This document shows, one piece after another, positions 18,495-28,451 of a DNA stretch of 64,000 nucleotides (positions are counted from its first letter, which is position 1; each line of letters begins with the position of its first letter). Both the position numbers and the translations under genes were made by a program. The notes beneath the pieces are model-generated. The model was not told where the DNA came from. It worked only from the letters and a program-made list of their open reading frames with translations, and made no database searches. This stretch comes from an uncultured Candidatus Rokubacteria bacterium (GTDB lineage: Bacteria > Methylomirabilota > Methylomirabilia > Rokubacteriales > DASRDR01): positions 1,216,001 through 1,280,000 of the forward strand of contig CAWGVS010000005.1 of assembly GCA_963826115.1 (NCBI GenBank), read 5' to 3'.

Positions 18495-19709
18495 GTGCTC
18501 GAGCCGCTCCGCGACGAACGCTACCGGCTCCTCTGGCTGACCGGGCTCTGCGCCAGCACGGCCCGCTGGATGGACCTGGTCGTCCTGGGCTGGCTGGCGC
18601 TCGCCTTCACCGACTCGCCGCTCCTGGTCGGCGTGGCGGCCTTCTGCCGCGCCGCGCCCATGATGGCCTTCGGCCCCTTCGCCGGCGTCCTGGCCGACCG
18701 GCTCCCGCGGGTGCGGGTCATGCTCGCGGTGCAGGCGCTGAACGTCGCCGCCTCGTCGCTCCTCGGGCTCCTGTTCGCCTTCGAGCTGGCGGGATTCGGC
18801 GTCCTGGTCGCGATCCAGGTCATCCTCGGCGTGGCCTGGGTCCTCGACTTTCCGTCGCGCCGCACCGTGCTCTTCGTGGTCGCCGGCCGCGAGCGCCTGA
18901 CCGCCGCGGTCTCGCTCGAGACCATGTCGATGCAGGCCGCCAAGATGGTCGGGCCCTTGGTGGGAGGCGTCCTCCTCGCGCGGATCGGCCCGGCCGCGTG
19001 CTACTTCGTGTTCGCCATCCTGTCGCTCGGCGCCTTCTACACGACCCACCGTCTCGGGCGGCGGATCTCGCTCCCGGGCACCCCGGGCGTGGAACCGGTC
19101 CTGGAGAGCCTTCGCGACGGCCTCCGCGAGGCCCGCGGCCACCCGGCCGTCCTCGGCGTCCTCGCGATCACCGTCCTCATGAACTCACTCGTGTTTCCCT
19201 ACCAGCAGATGCTCCCGGTCTTCGCCCGCGACGTGCTCCACGTGGGACCGGTCCCGCTCGGACTCCTCGTGACCGCCCAGGGGCTGGGCGCCCTGATCTC
19301 CTCGGCGTTCATCGGCGCCCGGGGCGGCGTCGTGGGCCACCGCCGGCTCTTCGTGGGCAGCTCGCTCACCGGCGCGGCGCTCCTCCTCGCCTTCGCGGCG
19401 TCCCCGTGGTACGCCCTGTCGTTCGCGCTCCAGCTCGCCATCGGCGCCACCGATTCGGGCTTCGGCACGATGCAGAGCGCGATCGTCCTCCTCACCGCGC
19501 CGGAACGGGCACACGGCCGCGTCATGGGCATCCTGTCGGCGTGCATCGGCACCCAGCCGCTCGGAAGCGTGTGGATCGGGTTCCTCGCGAGCCGCGTGGG
19601 CGCGCCGCTCGCGACGGGTCTGAACGCGGCTCTGGCGGTCATCATCATGATCCCGGTGGGGCTCCGCCTCCTCGGGCTCGGCGTGGTGGACCGGCGACGC
19701 CCCGCCTGA
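18495..19709 (+). CDS. MFS transporter (MFS_3/H+-antiporter-like)
   Basis: 12 TM pattern, GVLADRLPR, DFPSRR, HGRVMG. Confidence 0.88.
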   Translation: MLEPLRDERYRLLWLTGLCASTARWMDLVVLGWLALAFTDSPLLVGVAAFCRAAPMMAFGPFAGVLADRLPRVRVMLAVQALNVAASSLLGLLFAFELAGFGVLVAIQVILGVAWVLDFPSRRTVLFVVAGRERLTAAVSLETMSMQAAKMVGPLVGGVLLARIGPAACYFVFAILSLGAFYTTHRLGRRISLPGTPGVEPVLESLRDGLREARGHPAVLGVLAITVLMNSLVFPYQQMLPVFARDVLHVGPVPLGLLVTAQGLGALISSAFIGARGGVVGHRRLFVGSSLTGAALLLAFAASPWYALSFALQLAIGATDSGFGTMQSAIVLLTAPERAHGRVMGILSACIGTQPLGSVWIGFLASRVGAPLATGLNAALAVIIMIPVGLRLLGLGVVDRRRPA

Positions 19710-19873
19710 GCCGATCTCCAGAAACTCCAGGCGGCCCGGCCGATTGTGACAGCGCCCCTGGACCGTGGCACTCTTGCCCAAGGCGGCAGGAAGGCGAGGA
19801 CCCGCAGGACCATGAGGACCCGCCCACGGACACCCGAACGGTCCGCCAGGTCCGTTCGAGGCTGGAGGTGACC

Positions 19874-21040
19874 ATGCGCCCCTCTCGCTCGATCCCCGGC
19901 CGGCCTGCCCAGCCCAGGGCGACCGGGCTCTGCGTGCTCCTCCTCGCGGGCTTGCTCGCGGCCTGCAGCGCCGTCCGCACGGCGGGAGCTCAGTGCGACG
20001 AGCCCATTCCCGAGATCTTCTCGCGCGCGTCGCCCGCCGTGGTGTCCATCGCCGCCACGTCCATCAATCCCTATCGGCTCGCCGACCGGGTGCGCCACGT
20101 GGCCGGCTCGGGCTTCTTCATCGACGCGGCGGGGCTGGTCCTCACCAACGCCCATGTCGTGTACAACCGCCAGTCGATCCGGGTGACGCTCGACGACGGC
20201 ACCGACGTGGCGGCCGAGCTCGTCGGCGCCGATCCGATCTTCGACGTCGCGGTGGTGCGGATCCCGAAACCGTCGAATGGGACCTTGCCGACCATCGCGC
20301 TCGGGGACTCGGATCGCGTCCGGGTCGGGGAAGACGTCGTCGCCATCGGGAACCCGCTCGGGCTCGACCAGTCCCTGACGCGCGGGGTCGTGTCCGCGAT
20401 CAACCGCATCCTGCCCGAGACGCCCCTGTCGCTGTTCGAGCCCCTGATCCAGACCGACACCCCCATCAACCCCGGGAACTCCGGCGGGCCTCTCCTGAAC
20501 CGATGCGGGGAGGTGGTCGGCATCACCACGTCCCTGCTCGCGGACGCTCAGAGCATCAGCTTCGCCGTTCCGATCAACCTCGCCAAGGCGGTTCTCCCCT
20601 CCCTCCTGGAGCGAGGCCGGGTCGTGCGCCCCTGGATCGGCTTCCACGGCCAGCTGGTCGATGACGCGGTCCGGGACCTCTTGCGGATCCCCCTCGTGGA
20701 GGGCCTGCTGGTCGAGGTCATCGAGCCCGGCAGCCCCGCGGAGCGGGCGGGCCTCCGCGGAGGCCAGCTCGAGATCGCCATCAGCGGCCGGGAGTTCCTC
20801 TTCGGAGGGGACATCGTCACGACGATGAACGGGACACGACTGACCACCGAGGAGCGCCTCCTGGAAGCCATGCGCGCGGCGGCGGTCGGTGACACGCTGC
20901 GACTCACCGTGTACCGGCGGGGGGAGTACATGGACCTCGAGTACGTGCTCCCCGAGCGGCCGCTCCTCCCCGGCGACCTGCCCGGGCAGTCGACGCTCGT
21001 CCCCTCCGGCGCGCATCGGCGCCGCCCGGTACGCCCGTAG
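19874..21040 (+). CDS. HtrA/DegP-like trypsin serine protease with PDZ, probable lipoprotein
   Basis: GGAGG SD; lipobox LAAC; GSGF, TNAHVV, DVAVV, GNSGGPL; PDZ GSPAERAGL. Confidence 0.92.
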   Translation: MRPSRSIPGRPAQPRATGLCVLLLAGLLAACSAVRTAGAQCDEPIPEIFSRASPAVVSIAATSINPYRLADRVRHVAGSGFFIDAAGLVLTNAHVVYNRQSIRVTLDDGTDVAAELVGADPIFDVAVVRIPKPSNGTLPTIALGDSDRVRVGEDVVAIGNPLGLDQSLTRGVVSAINRILPETPLSLFEPLIQTDTPINPGNSGGPLLNRCGEVVGITTSLLADAQSISFAVPINLAKAVLPSLLERGRVVRPWIGFHGQLVDDAVRDLLRIPLVEGLLVEVIEPGSPAERAGLRGGQLEIAISGREFLFGGDIVTTMNGTRLTTEERLLEAMRAAAVGDTLRLTVYRRGEYMDLEYVLPERPLLPGDLPGQSTLVPSGAHRRRPVRP

Positions 21041-21080
21041 CGCCCTCCGTGACGGTCGCTCGAGCTCCCGGGCGGCGCGG

Positions 21081-22637
21081 GTGGTGACCGTGCACCCGGC
21101 GCCGCCGCCCGCGCGGGGCGAATCCCGCCGGGCGTGGATCCTGGAGCCCCGCGGGACCCTCGCCCTTCTGGTCGCGTGGGCCGGATTCCACACGCTCCTC
21201 CGGCTCCTGCTCTCCTCCGCCTTGACCGCCGACGACGCGCGTGAGGCCACGCTCGCGCAGACTCTCCAGTGGGGTTACCAGGCCCGCCAGCCGCCGCTTT
21301 ACAACTGGCTCGCGTGGGCGGCCTCCCGTGTCCTGGGCCCCGGGCTCCTGCCGCTCACGCTGCTCAAGTACGCCCTGCTGGTCGTCGCGTTCTGGCTCGT
21401 GTACCTGACGGCCCGCCGCGTGGTCACCGACCCGCGGCTCGCCACCCTCGGCGCCTTCTCGTTCCTCCTGATCCTCCCCCTGGCCTGGACGGTCCACGAG
21501 GCGCTGACCCACAGCGTCGCCGTGCTGGCGGCGTGCGCCGGGACGGTCTATGTCCTGATGCGCCTCGACGAGCGGCCGACGGTGGGCGCCTACGTCCTGC
21601 TGGGCGTCGTGGTCGGGCTCGGCTTCCTGTCGAAGTTCACCTACGGGCTCTTCCTCGCCGCGCTGGTCCTCGCTGCGCTCTCGATCGACCGGTACCGCCG
21701 GCGCCTCCTGACCCCGACGGTCCTGGTCGCGGTGCTGGTCGCGGGCATCCTCGTGGTCCCGTTCGCGGTGTGGTTCGTCCAGGCGGGCCACGACCTCGGC
21801 CGTCTCTACGCGCGCGAGGTCCGGATCGAGGACGGGGACGCGTGGGCCGGCGAGGCGCGCTCTGGCCTCATCTACATCGCCCGCGTCGCGGCGCTCTACC
21901 TCCTGCCCGCGGGCGCGGCGCTCGCCGTCTGCTTCCCGGGCATCCACCGGCGCCTGTCGCCGAACGCGACGCGCGATTCGCCCGGCGGGCGGCTCCTCGG
22001 GCGGCTCCTCGCCTGGATGCTCGCCATCCTGCTGGCGGCGGCGCTGGCCGGCGGCCTCGGCTTTCTGAAGGCGCGATGGCTCATCCCGGCGTTCTTCCTG
22101 GCGCCGCTCTACGGACTCTGGCGGGTCGAGCGCCAGGGCGGACCCGCTTCCCGGCTCGCGGTCTTCGCGATCCTGCTCGTCGCGATCGAGGCCGTCGTCA
22201 TCGGGGGCCTGACGGTCCGCGTCGTCGGCGCGAGCCTGTTCCGCCAGCCGTACCGGATGAACGAGCCGTACGACGCGGTCGCGGCCGGACTCGTCCGGGC
22301 GGGCTTCACGCGCGGGACGATCGTCGCGGGATTCGGCACGCTGGCTGGCAACCTCGCCATCCGGTTCCCGGACTCCCGGACCCTCCACACCGAGTACCCG
22401 GCCTTCGTGCCGCCCCCGGGACGTCCGGGCCAGTGCCTCCTCGTCTGGGACCGTCACCGCCGGGCCGACCCGGACGGCGCCCCGCAGGACGTCCGGGCCC
22501 TCGCCGCGACCCTGGGCGTGGCCCTCGACGGCTCGGAGCCGATCGGGGTGGTGGAAGCCCCATTCCACTTCAACCCGCACCGCATCCGCCGGGTGAGCTA
22601 CGTCCTCTTCCCCGACGGGGCCGGGCGCTGCCGCTGA
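21081..22637 (+). CDS. GT-C membrane glycosyltransferase (family 39/ArnT-like); start uncertain
   Basis: DDARE, WGY..QPPLYNW, GFLSKFT, multiple TM helices, extracytoplasmic C-terminal domain. Confidence 0.8.
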   Translation: MVTVHPAPPPARGESRRAWILEPRGTLALLVAWAGFHTLLRLLLSSALTADDAREATLAQTLQWGYQARQPPLYNWLAWAASRVLGPGLLPLTLLKYALLVVAFWLVYLTARRVVTDPRLATLGAFSFLLILPLAWTVHEALTHSVAVLAACAGTVYVLMRLDERPTVGAYVLLGVVVGLGFLSKFTYGLFLAALVLAALSIDRYRRRLLTPTVLVAVLVAGILVVPFAVWFVQAGHDLGRLYAREVRIEDGDAWAGEARSGLIYIARVAALYLLPAGAALAVCFPGIHRRLSPNATRDSPGGRLLGRLLAWMLAILLAAALAGGLGFLKARWLIPAFFLAPLYGLWRVERQGGPASRLAVFAILLVAIEAVVIGGLTVRVVGASLFRQPYRMNEPYDAVAAGLVRAGFTRGTIVAGFGTLAGNLAIRFPDSRTLHTEYPAFVPPPGRPGQCLLVWDRHRRADPDGAPQDVRALAATLGVALDGSEPIGVVEAPFHFNPHRIRRVSYVLFPDGAGRCR

Positions 22638-22656
22638 CGCCGCGTCCGGGCGGCGC

Positions 22657-22685
22657 TTGCGCGAGCCGCCATCCTCCGTGACAAT
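22657..22685 (+). promoter_or_regulatory. putative promoter TTGCGC-17-GACAAT, leaderless-type
   Basis: -10-like hexamer 7 nt before ATG 22693; no SD. Confidence 0.45.
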
Positions 22686-22692
22686 CGACGCG

Positions 22693-23679
22693 ATGCGGAT
22701 CGGGAACGTCGAGGTGGCCGGGCTCGCGCGTCTCGCGCCCATGGCGGGCGCGACCAACGCGCCGTTCCGGCTCGTCGCGCGGGAGTGCGGGAGCGGTCTC
22801 ACGACCACCGAGGAGATGGACTCGGCGTCGGTCCTCTTCCAGACGCCGCACGCCATCTCGGCCGCCGCCTACTACCCGGCCGAGCGCCCGCTGGCGATGC
22901 AGCTCCTCGGCAAGCACCCCGAGGCGCTGGCGGACGCCGCGGCCCGCTGCGAGGCGATGGGCGCCGACGTCGTCGACCTCAACATGGGCTGCCCGGTGCC
23001 CAGGATCACCGGCAAGGGCAAGGGCGCGGCCCTCATGCGGGACGTCTCCGCCACCGCGCAGATCCTTCGCGCGATGCGGCGCGCGATCCACGTGCCGCTC
23101 ACGGTCAAGATCCGGGGCGGCTGGGACGACGCGCACCTGAACGCCGTCGAGGTCGCCACGATGGCGGAGAGCGAGGGTGTCGACGCGATCACCGTCCATC
23201 CTCGCACCCGGTCGCAGATGTTCACGGGCAAGGCGCCGTGGACGATCATCGCTGAGGTCGTCGATGCCGTGCGCATCCCCGTCACCGGGAACGGGGACGT
23301 CCGGTCGATGGCCGACGCCCGCCGGATGGTGGCCGAGACCGGGTGCCAGTCCGTCATGGTCGGCCGCGGCGCGCTCGGCCGGCCCTGGATGTTCGACGAG
23401 GCGTACGACGCCCTGCCCGCGCATGCCCAGCGCGAGTACCGGGCGCGGGTCATCGCCCGCCACGCCGCGCTGATCCGGGAGCACTGCTACGAACGGTACG
23501 CGCTGACCCAGCTCAAGAAGCACCTGTCCTGGTACACGGATGGGCTCGGCCACGCCTGCAAGTGTCGCGTGGAGATCTTCCAGGCGCGGACCGCGGACGA
23601 GGTCTGGGACGTCTTCCAGCGCTACTGGACGGGCGTCGCACGCGAGCACGCCCCCGTCCTCGAAGCCGCCACGGCGTGA
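22693..23679 (+). CDS. dusB: tRNA-dihydrouridine synthase
   Basis: LAPMAG, DLNMGCP, TVKIR, VHPRT, GNGD, VMVGRG. Confidence 0.88.
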   Translation: MRIGNVEVAGLARLAPMAGATNAPFRLVARECGSGLTTTEEMDSASVLFQTPHAISAAAYYPAERPLAMQLLGKHPEALADAAARCEAMGADVVDLNMGCPVPRITGKGKGAALMRDVSATAQILRAMRRAIHVPLTVKIRGGWDDAHLNAVEVATMAESEGVDAITVHPRTRSQMFTGKAPWTIIAEVVDAVRIPVTGNGDVRSMADARRMVAETGCQSVMVGRGALGRPWMFDEAYDALPAHAQREYRARVIARHAALIREHCYERYALTQLKKHLSWYTDGLGHACKCRVEIFQARTADEVWDVFQRYWTGVAREHAPVLEAATA

Positions 23680-23712
23680 CCCGCCCGCGGCCAGATCGAT
23701 AGGAGACAGCCG

Positions 23713-25344
23713 ATGCCGCGAATGACAGGCGGGCAAGCCCTGGTGGCCTCGCTCCGTCGAGAGGGCGTGCAGGTCGTGTTCGGACTCCCGGGCGTCCAGC
23801 TCTACGGCGCGATGGCCGCCCTCCGCGACGAGCCCGCGATCCGCTTCATCGCCACGCGTCACGAGCAGGCGACCACCTACATGGCCGACGGCTACGCGCG
23901 CGCCGGCGCCGACGTGGGCGTGGCGCTGGTCGTTCCCGGTCCGGGCCTCCTGAACGCCTCGGCGGGCCTGTCGACCGCGTACTCCGCGTCGTCCCCGGTC
24001 CTCCTGGTCGCGGGTCAGATCCCCAAGAGCAAGATCGGGCAGAACGTCGGCCTCCTCCACGAGGTGAACGATCAGCTCGACGCCATCGCGCCCGTCACCA
24101 AGTGGCGGCGTCGGGTGCTCGAGGCCGCGGAAATCCCGGAGGCGGTCCGCGAGGCGATGCGCCAGCTCCGGACCGGCCGCCCGCGCCCCGTGGTGATCGA
24201 CATCCCGCCCGAGACCCTCGAGGACGAGAGCGACGTCACCCTCCTCGACCGCGCGCCCGCGGAGCGTCCGGCCGCGCCGGCCGCCGCGATCGAGCGCGCC
24301 GCGGGCGTCCTCGGCGCCGCGCGGCACCCGGTGATCGTGGCGGGCGGCGGCGTCAACCTGGCCGGCGCCCACGACGCGCTCCGCGCCGTCGCCGAGCACC
24401 TCCAGGCCGGCGTCATCATGACCGCGGAAGGCAAGGGCGCGCTGAGCGACGCGAGCGACCTCTCCCTTGGTGCCGCGCTCTGGCCGGGCTCGCCGGTCCG
24501 GCTTCACCTCGACCGGGCCGACGTGGTCCTCGCCGTCGGGACGCGGATGGCCACCGTCGCCCTCCAGCCGGCCCAGCAGGTGATCCAGATCGACGTGGAC
24601 CCCGACGAGATCGGCCGCAACCACGCCCGCACCGACGGCCTGGTCGGCGACGCACGGGCGACGCTCGAGCGTCTCGCCGCGAGTCTCCGGGCGCTCGGCC
24701 CGGCCCGGCCCTCGCGACGCGAGGAGCGCGAGGCGGTCCGCGCGGCGACGATCGCCGCCGACGACCAGGAGCCCCAGGCCTCGATCCAGCGGAGCCTCCG
24801 CGCGGGCACACCGTCCGGCGCCATCCTGGTCGGCGACATGACCCAGATCGGCTACCACTCGCGGCCCTTCTGGCCCGTCTACGAGCCGCGGACCTACCTG
24901 ACGTCCTCGTACTCGGGGAATCTCGGGTACGGCTTCCCCACCGCGCTCGGCGCCAAGGTGGCGCGTCCGGACCGACCCGTGCTCGCGGTATGCGGGGACG
25001 GCGGCTTTCTCTTCAACAGCCAGGAGCTGTCGACGGCCGTCCGCTACAACATCGCGGTGGTGGTCGTCGTGTTCAACGACGACGCGTACGGCAACGTCGC
25101 CCGGGACCTCGACGAGGCGTGGGGCGGCACCATCGGCGCGGACCTGTCGAATCCCGACTTCGTGCGGCTCGCGGAAGCGTACGGCATCACGGCCTTCCGC
25201 GCCAAGGAGCCGACCGAGGTCGGCGACCTCGTCCGGGAGGCCTTCACGCTCGACCGCCCCGTGCTGATCGAGGTCCCCGTGGGGCGGATGCCGCGGCCTC
25301 GCTTCTTCATGCCCCGGCGCGCGCCAAAGCGGCTGGACCGCTAG
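23713..25344 (+). CDS. thiamine diphosphate-dependent enzyme (acetolactate synthase-like superfamily)
   Basis: FGLPG, RHEQ, GPG, GDGGF...NDDAYG ThDP motif. Confidence 0.9.
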   Translation: MPRMTGGQALVASLRREGVQVVFGLPGVQLYGAMAALRDEPAIRFIATRHEQATTYMADGYARAGADVGVALVVPGPGLLNASAGLSTAYSASSPVLLVAGQIPKSKIGQNVGLLHEVNDQLDAIAPVTKWRRRVLEAAEIPEAVREAMRQLRTGRPRPVVIDIPPETLEDESDVTLLDRAPAERPAAPAAAIERAAGVLGAARHPVIVAGGGVNLAGAHDALRAVAEHLQAGVIMTAEGKGALSDASDLSLGAALWPGSPVRLHLDRADVVLAVGTRMATVALQPAQQVIQIDVDPDEIGRNHARTDGLVGDARATLERLAASLRALGPARPSRREEREAVRAATIAADDQEPQASIQRSLRAGTPSGAILVGDMTQIGYHSRPFWPVYEPRTYLTSSYSGNLGYGFPTALGAKVARPDRPVLAVCGDGGFLFNSQELSTAVRYNIAVVVVVFNDDAYGNVARDLDEAWGGTIGADLSNPDFVRLAEAYGITAFRAKEPTEVGDLVREAFTLDRPVLIEVPVGRMPRPRFFMPRRAPKRLDR

Positions 25345-25397
25345 GGCGCCCGCCGATCCCCGATGGCCATCGTCGACGGTGGATAGAGGGAGTCGCC

Positions 25398-26348
25398 ATG
25401 TGCGGCATCGCCGGCTTCTTCGATAAGACCGCGGCGGCCGACGCCCCGGCCGGCGCGACGCTCCTCCGTATGCTGACCGCGCTCGCCTGTCGGGGCCCGG
25501 ACTCTGCCGGCATCGCGCTCTGGGGGCGCAACGACGACGGCCTGGTCGTGCGCGTGAAGCTCGGGGACCAGGGCGACCTCGTGGCTCGCCGGCAGGAGGT
25601 GCTCCGCCGGGCCCGGCGCGCGACGCGCGTCCTCCGCGCCACCACGCAGGGGGCCCTCCTCCGTCTCGTGGTGGCGAAGGCCGAGCCGGCGGAGCTGGCC
25701 GCCGCCATCGAGAGCGTGGCGCCGGACGTCGAGGTCGTGAGCATGGGCGAGCGCCTCGAGATCGTGAAGCAGGTCGGCGCGCCGGCCGACCTCGACGCGG
25801 CGTTCGCCGTGTCGACCTGGACGGGCACGCACGGCCTCGGGCACACGCGTCTGTCGACCGAGAGCAAGGTCGACCTCTCCCACTCTCAGCCGTTCTGGGC
25901 CCACGGGACGCCCGACCTCGCGGTCGTCCACAACGGCCACATCTGCAACTACCACCGGCTCCGCCGGATCTACGAGCAGGAAGGCGTCCGCTTCTACACG
26001 GAGAACGACTCCGAGATCATCGGGCTCTATCTCGCTCGGCAGCTCGCCGCGGGACGGACGCTCCGCGAGGCCCTCCAGGCCTCGGTCCGCGACCTGGACG
26101 GGAGCTTCAGCTATCTGGCCGCGACCGGCGACGCGTTTGGCTTCGCGAAGGACCCCTTCAGCCTGAAACCGCTCATCGTCGCGGAGAGCGCCGGGACCGT
26201 GGTCATCGCCAACGAGGAGGTCGCCATCCAGGCCGCGCTCCGCGGCGACTACCGGGCGCGCGAGGCGCCGGCCGGCAGCACCGGCCTGTGGGAGGTCGGC
26301 GCCCGGACCCCGGCGCGCCGCGTCCGGCGCGTGCGGCGGGCGGCCTGA
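25398..26348 (+). CDS. glxB: class II glutamine amidotransferase, N-methylglutamate synthase subunit A (GlxB/MgsA)
   Basis: N-terminal MCGIAG, RGPDSAG, GHTR, HNG, ENDSE; cluster context. Confidence 0.85.
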   Translation: MCGIAGFFDKTAAADAPAGATLLRMLTALACRGPDSAGIALWGRNDDGLVVRVKLGDQGDLVARRQEVLRRARRATRVLRATTQGALLRLVVAKAEPAELAAAIESVAPDVEVVSMGERLEIVKQVGAPADLDAAFAVSTWTGTHGLGHTRLSTESKVDLSHSQPFWAHGTPDLAVVHNGHICNYHRLRRIYEQEGVRFYTENDSEIIGLYLARQLAAGRTLREALQASVRDLDGSFSYLAATGDAFGFAKDPFSLKPLIVAESAGTVVIANEEVAIQAALRGDYRAREAPAGSTGLWEVGARTPARRVRRVRRAA

Positions 26349-26350
26349 CC

Positions 26351-27040
26351 GTGCCGGCAATCGACTGCGAGCCCCTCTCGATCCGCCAGATCAACGAGTC
26401 GATCCGCCGGCTGATCGACGCCGGCGAGCGGGACATCGTGCTGCGGAACCCCGGGGCGCGGCACAACCTGGCCGTGGCGGTCCTGACCGACGTCGCCATC
26501 ACCATCGACGGGCCGGTCGGCTACTACGCGGGCGGGATGAGCGACGGCGTCCGGCTCACCATCCACGGGTCGGCCGGCTGGGGCGTCGCCGAGTGCCTGA
26601 TGTCGGGCACCGTGGTCGTGGACGGCAATGCCGGAAACGGCGCCGCCGCCTCGATCCGCGGCGGGACCGTCGTGGTGCGGGGCGACGCGGCCGCGCGGGC
26701 CGGCGTCTCGATGAAGGGCGGCCTCCTCATCATCGGTGGCAGCTGCGGCTACATGACCGGCTTCATGATGCAGCGCGGCCGGATCATCGTCTGTGGCGAC
26801 GGCGGTGACGCGCTCGCCGACTCCATGTACGAGGGTGTGGTGTACGTGGGCGGCGAGATCGCCGCGCTCGGCAGCGACACGGTGGTGTCGGAAGCGAGCC
26901 CGGTAGAACTGGCGGAGATCCGCGCCGCGCTGGCTCAGCACGGCGTCGCCGGACCGCTCGCCTTCCGCAAGGTCGTGTCGGGGCGAAAGCTCTGGAACTA
27001 CGACAAGAAGGACATGGAGACATGGAAGGCGGCGTTCTGA
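26351..27040 (+). CDS. glxC: GXGXG beta-helix protein, N-methylglutamate synthase subunit B (GlxC/MgsB)
   Basis: GltB C-terminal/FmdC-like glycine repeats, ADSMYEG, SGRKLWNY. Confidence 0.85.
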   Translation: MPAIDCEPLSIRQINESIRRLIDAGERDIVLRNPGARHNLAVAVLTDVAITIDGPVGYYAGGMSDGVRLTIHGSAGWGVAECLMSGTVVVDGNAGNGAAASIRGGTVVVRGDAAARAGVSMKGGLLIIGGSCGYMTGFMMQRGRIIVCGDGGDALADSMYEGVVYVGGEIAALGSDTVVSEASPVELAEIRAALAQHGVAGPLAFRKVVSGRKLWNYDKKDMETWKAAF

Positions 27041-28356
27041 GACCGCTGCGCCCGAGCATGGTGTACCGGCCCGACGTGATGGAGGACATCCACATCAAGG
27101 CGGAGCTCGGCCGATACCGGTTCCGCGGGTTCGGCACGCTCAGGCCCCGCCCCCTCCCGAGCTTCGACGATCTGACCTTCATCCCGTGCTCCCTCACCCG
27201 AATCCCGCTCGAGGGGTACCGGGAGCGGTGCCGTACCACGACGCTCCTCGGAACCCGCCATGCGAAGCGGCCAATCGAGCTCGAGACGCCGGTCATGATC
27301 ACCGGGATGAGCTGGGGCGCGCTCTCCTACAACGCCAAGGTCGCCCTCGCCCAGGGCGCGCGGCGGGCGGGCAGCTCCACGACCACCGGCGACGGCGGGA
27401 TGCTCCCCGCCGAGCGCGAGCACTCGCGCGTCCTCGTGTACGAGGTCCTGCCGAGCCGCTACGGCATGAACGTCCACCACCTCCGGTCGGCGGACGGCAT
27501 CGAGCTGACGGTGGGCCAGGGCGCGAAGCCCGGCACCGGGGGGATGCTCCTCGGCTCGAAGATCTCCGCCGAGATCGCCGCGGCGCGCGAACTGCCGCCC
27601 GGCGTGGACCAGCGAAGCCCGGCGCGTCACCCCGACTGGCTCGGCCCCGACGACATGATCATCAAGATCGAGGAGCTACGCGAGGCGACCGACTGGCAGG
27701 TCCCGATCTTCGTGAAGATGGGCGCGACGCGCGTCTACGACGACGTCAAGCTGGCCGCCAAGGCGGGCGCCGACGTCGTGGTGGTCGACGGCATGGAAGG
27801 CGGGACGGCAGCGTCGCCGGACATCCTCCAGGACCACACGGGCATCCCCACCCTCGCCGCCGTCTGCGAGGCGCGCCAGGCGCTCCAGGACATGGGGCTC
27901 TACGGCCAGGTCCAGCTGATCATCGCCGGCGGGATCCGATCGGGCGCGGACGCCGCCAAGGCGCTCGCCCTCGGCGCCGACGCCGTCTACATCGGGACCG
28001 CGGCGCTCATCGCGCTCAACTGCAACAAGCCCATCTACGTCGAGGACTACGAGGCGCTGGGGACCGAGCCCTACGCGTGCCACCACTGCCACACCGGGCG
28101 CTGTCCGGTGGGGATCACCACCCAGGATCCCGAGCTCATGAAGCGCCTGCCCATCCCCGAGGCCGCCGAGCGGGTGGCGAACTTCATCCACGCGATGACG
28201 CTCGAGATCCAGATGCTCGCCCGGGCGTGCGGCAAGGCCGACGTCCACGACCTCGAGCCGGAAGACCTCCGCGCGCTGACGCTGGAGTCGTCGGCGATCA
28301 CCGGTCTGCCGCTCGTCGGCACGCGCTGGGTGCCCGGCCGGGGCCGGGAGCTCTAG
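27022..28356 (+). CDS. glxD: FMN-binding glutamate synthase family protein, N-methylglutamate synthase subunit C (GlxD/MgsC); start uncertain
   Basis: GMSWGALS, TGDGG, GQGAKPG, RHPDW, DGMEGGT, CHHCHTGRCPVG Fe-S motif. Confidence 0.88.
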   Translation: MEGGVLRPLRPSMVYRPDVMEDIHIKAELGRYRFRGFGTLRPRPLPSFDDLTFIPCSLTRIPLEGYRERCRTTTLLGTRHAKRPIELETPVMITGMSWGALSYNAKVALAQGARRAGSSTTTGDGGMLPAEREHSRVLVYEVLPSRYGMNVHHLRSADGIELTVGQGAKPGTGGMLLGSKISAEIAAARELPPGVDQRSPARHPDWLGPDDMIIKIEELREATDWQVPIFVKMGATRVYDDVKLAAKAGADVVVVDGMEGGTAASPDILQDHTGIPTLAAVCEARQALQDMGLYGQVQLIIAGGIRSGADAAKALALGADAVYIGTAALIALNCNKPIYVEDYEALGTEPYACHHCHTGRCPVGITTQDPELMKRLPIPEAAERVANFIHAMTLEIQMLARACGKADVHDLEPEDLRALTLESSAITGLPLVGTRWVPGRGREL

Positions 28357-28451
28357 CCCTCCGCTCGCCGATGCCCGGGAGCCGCCGCGACCGGCCGTCC
28401 AGTCAGGCGCGCGCCGCGCAAGCCGTTCCTCGCCGTCCCAAGGAGCCGCGG

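Noticed and set aside
19766-19778. TGGCACTCTTGC as a sigma54 promoter
   Set aside because: Only 7 nt between GG and GC; sigma54 needs 10
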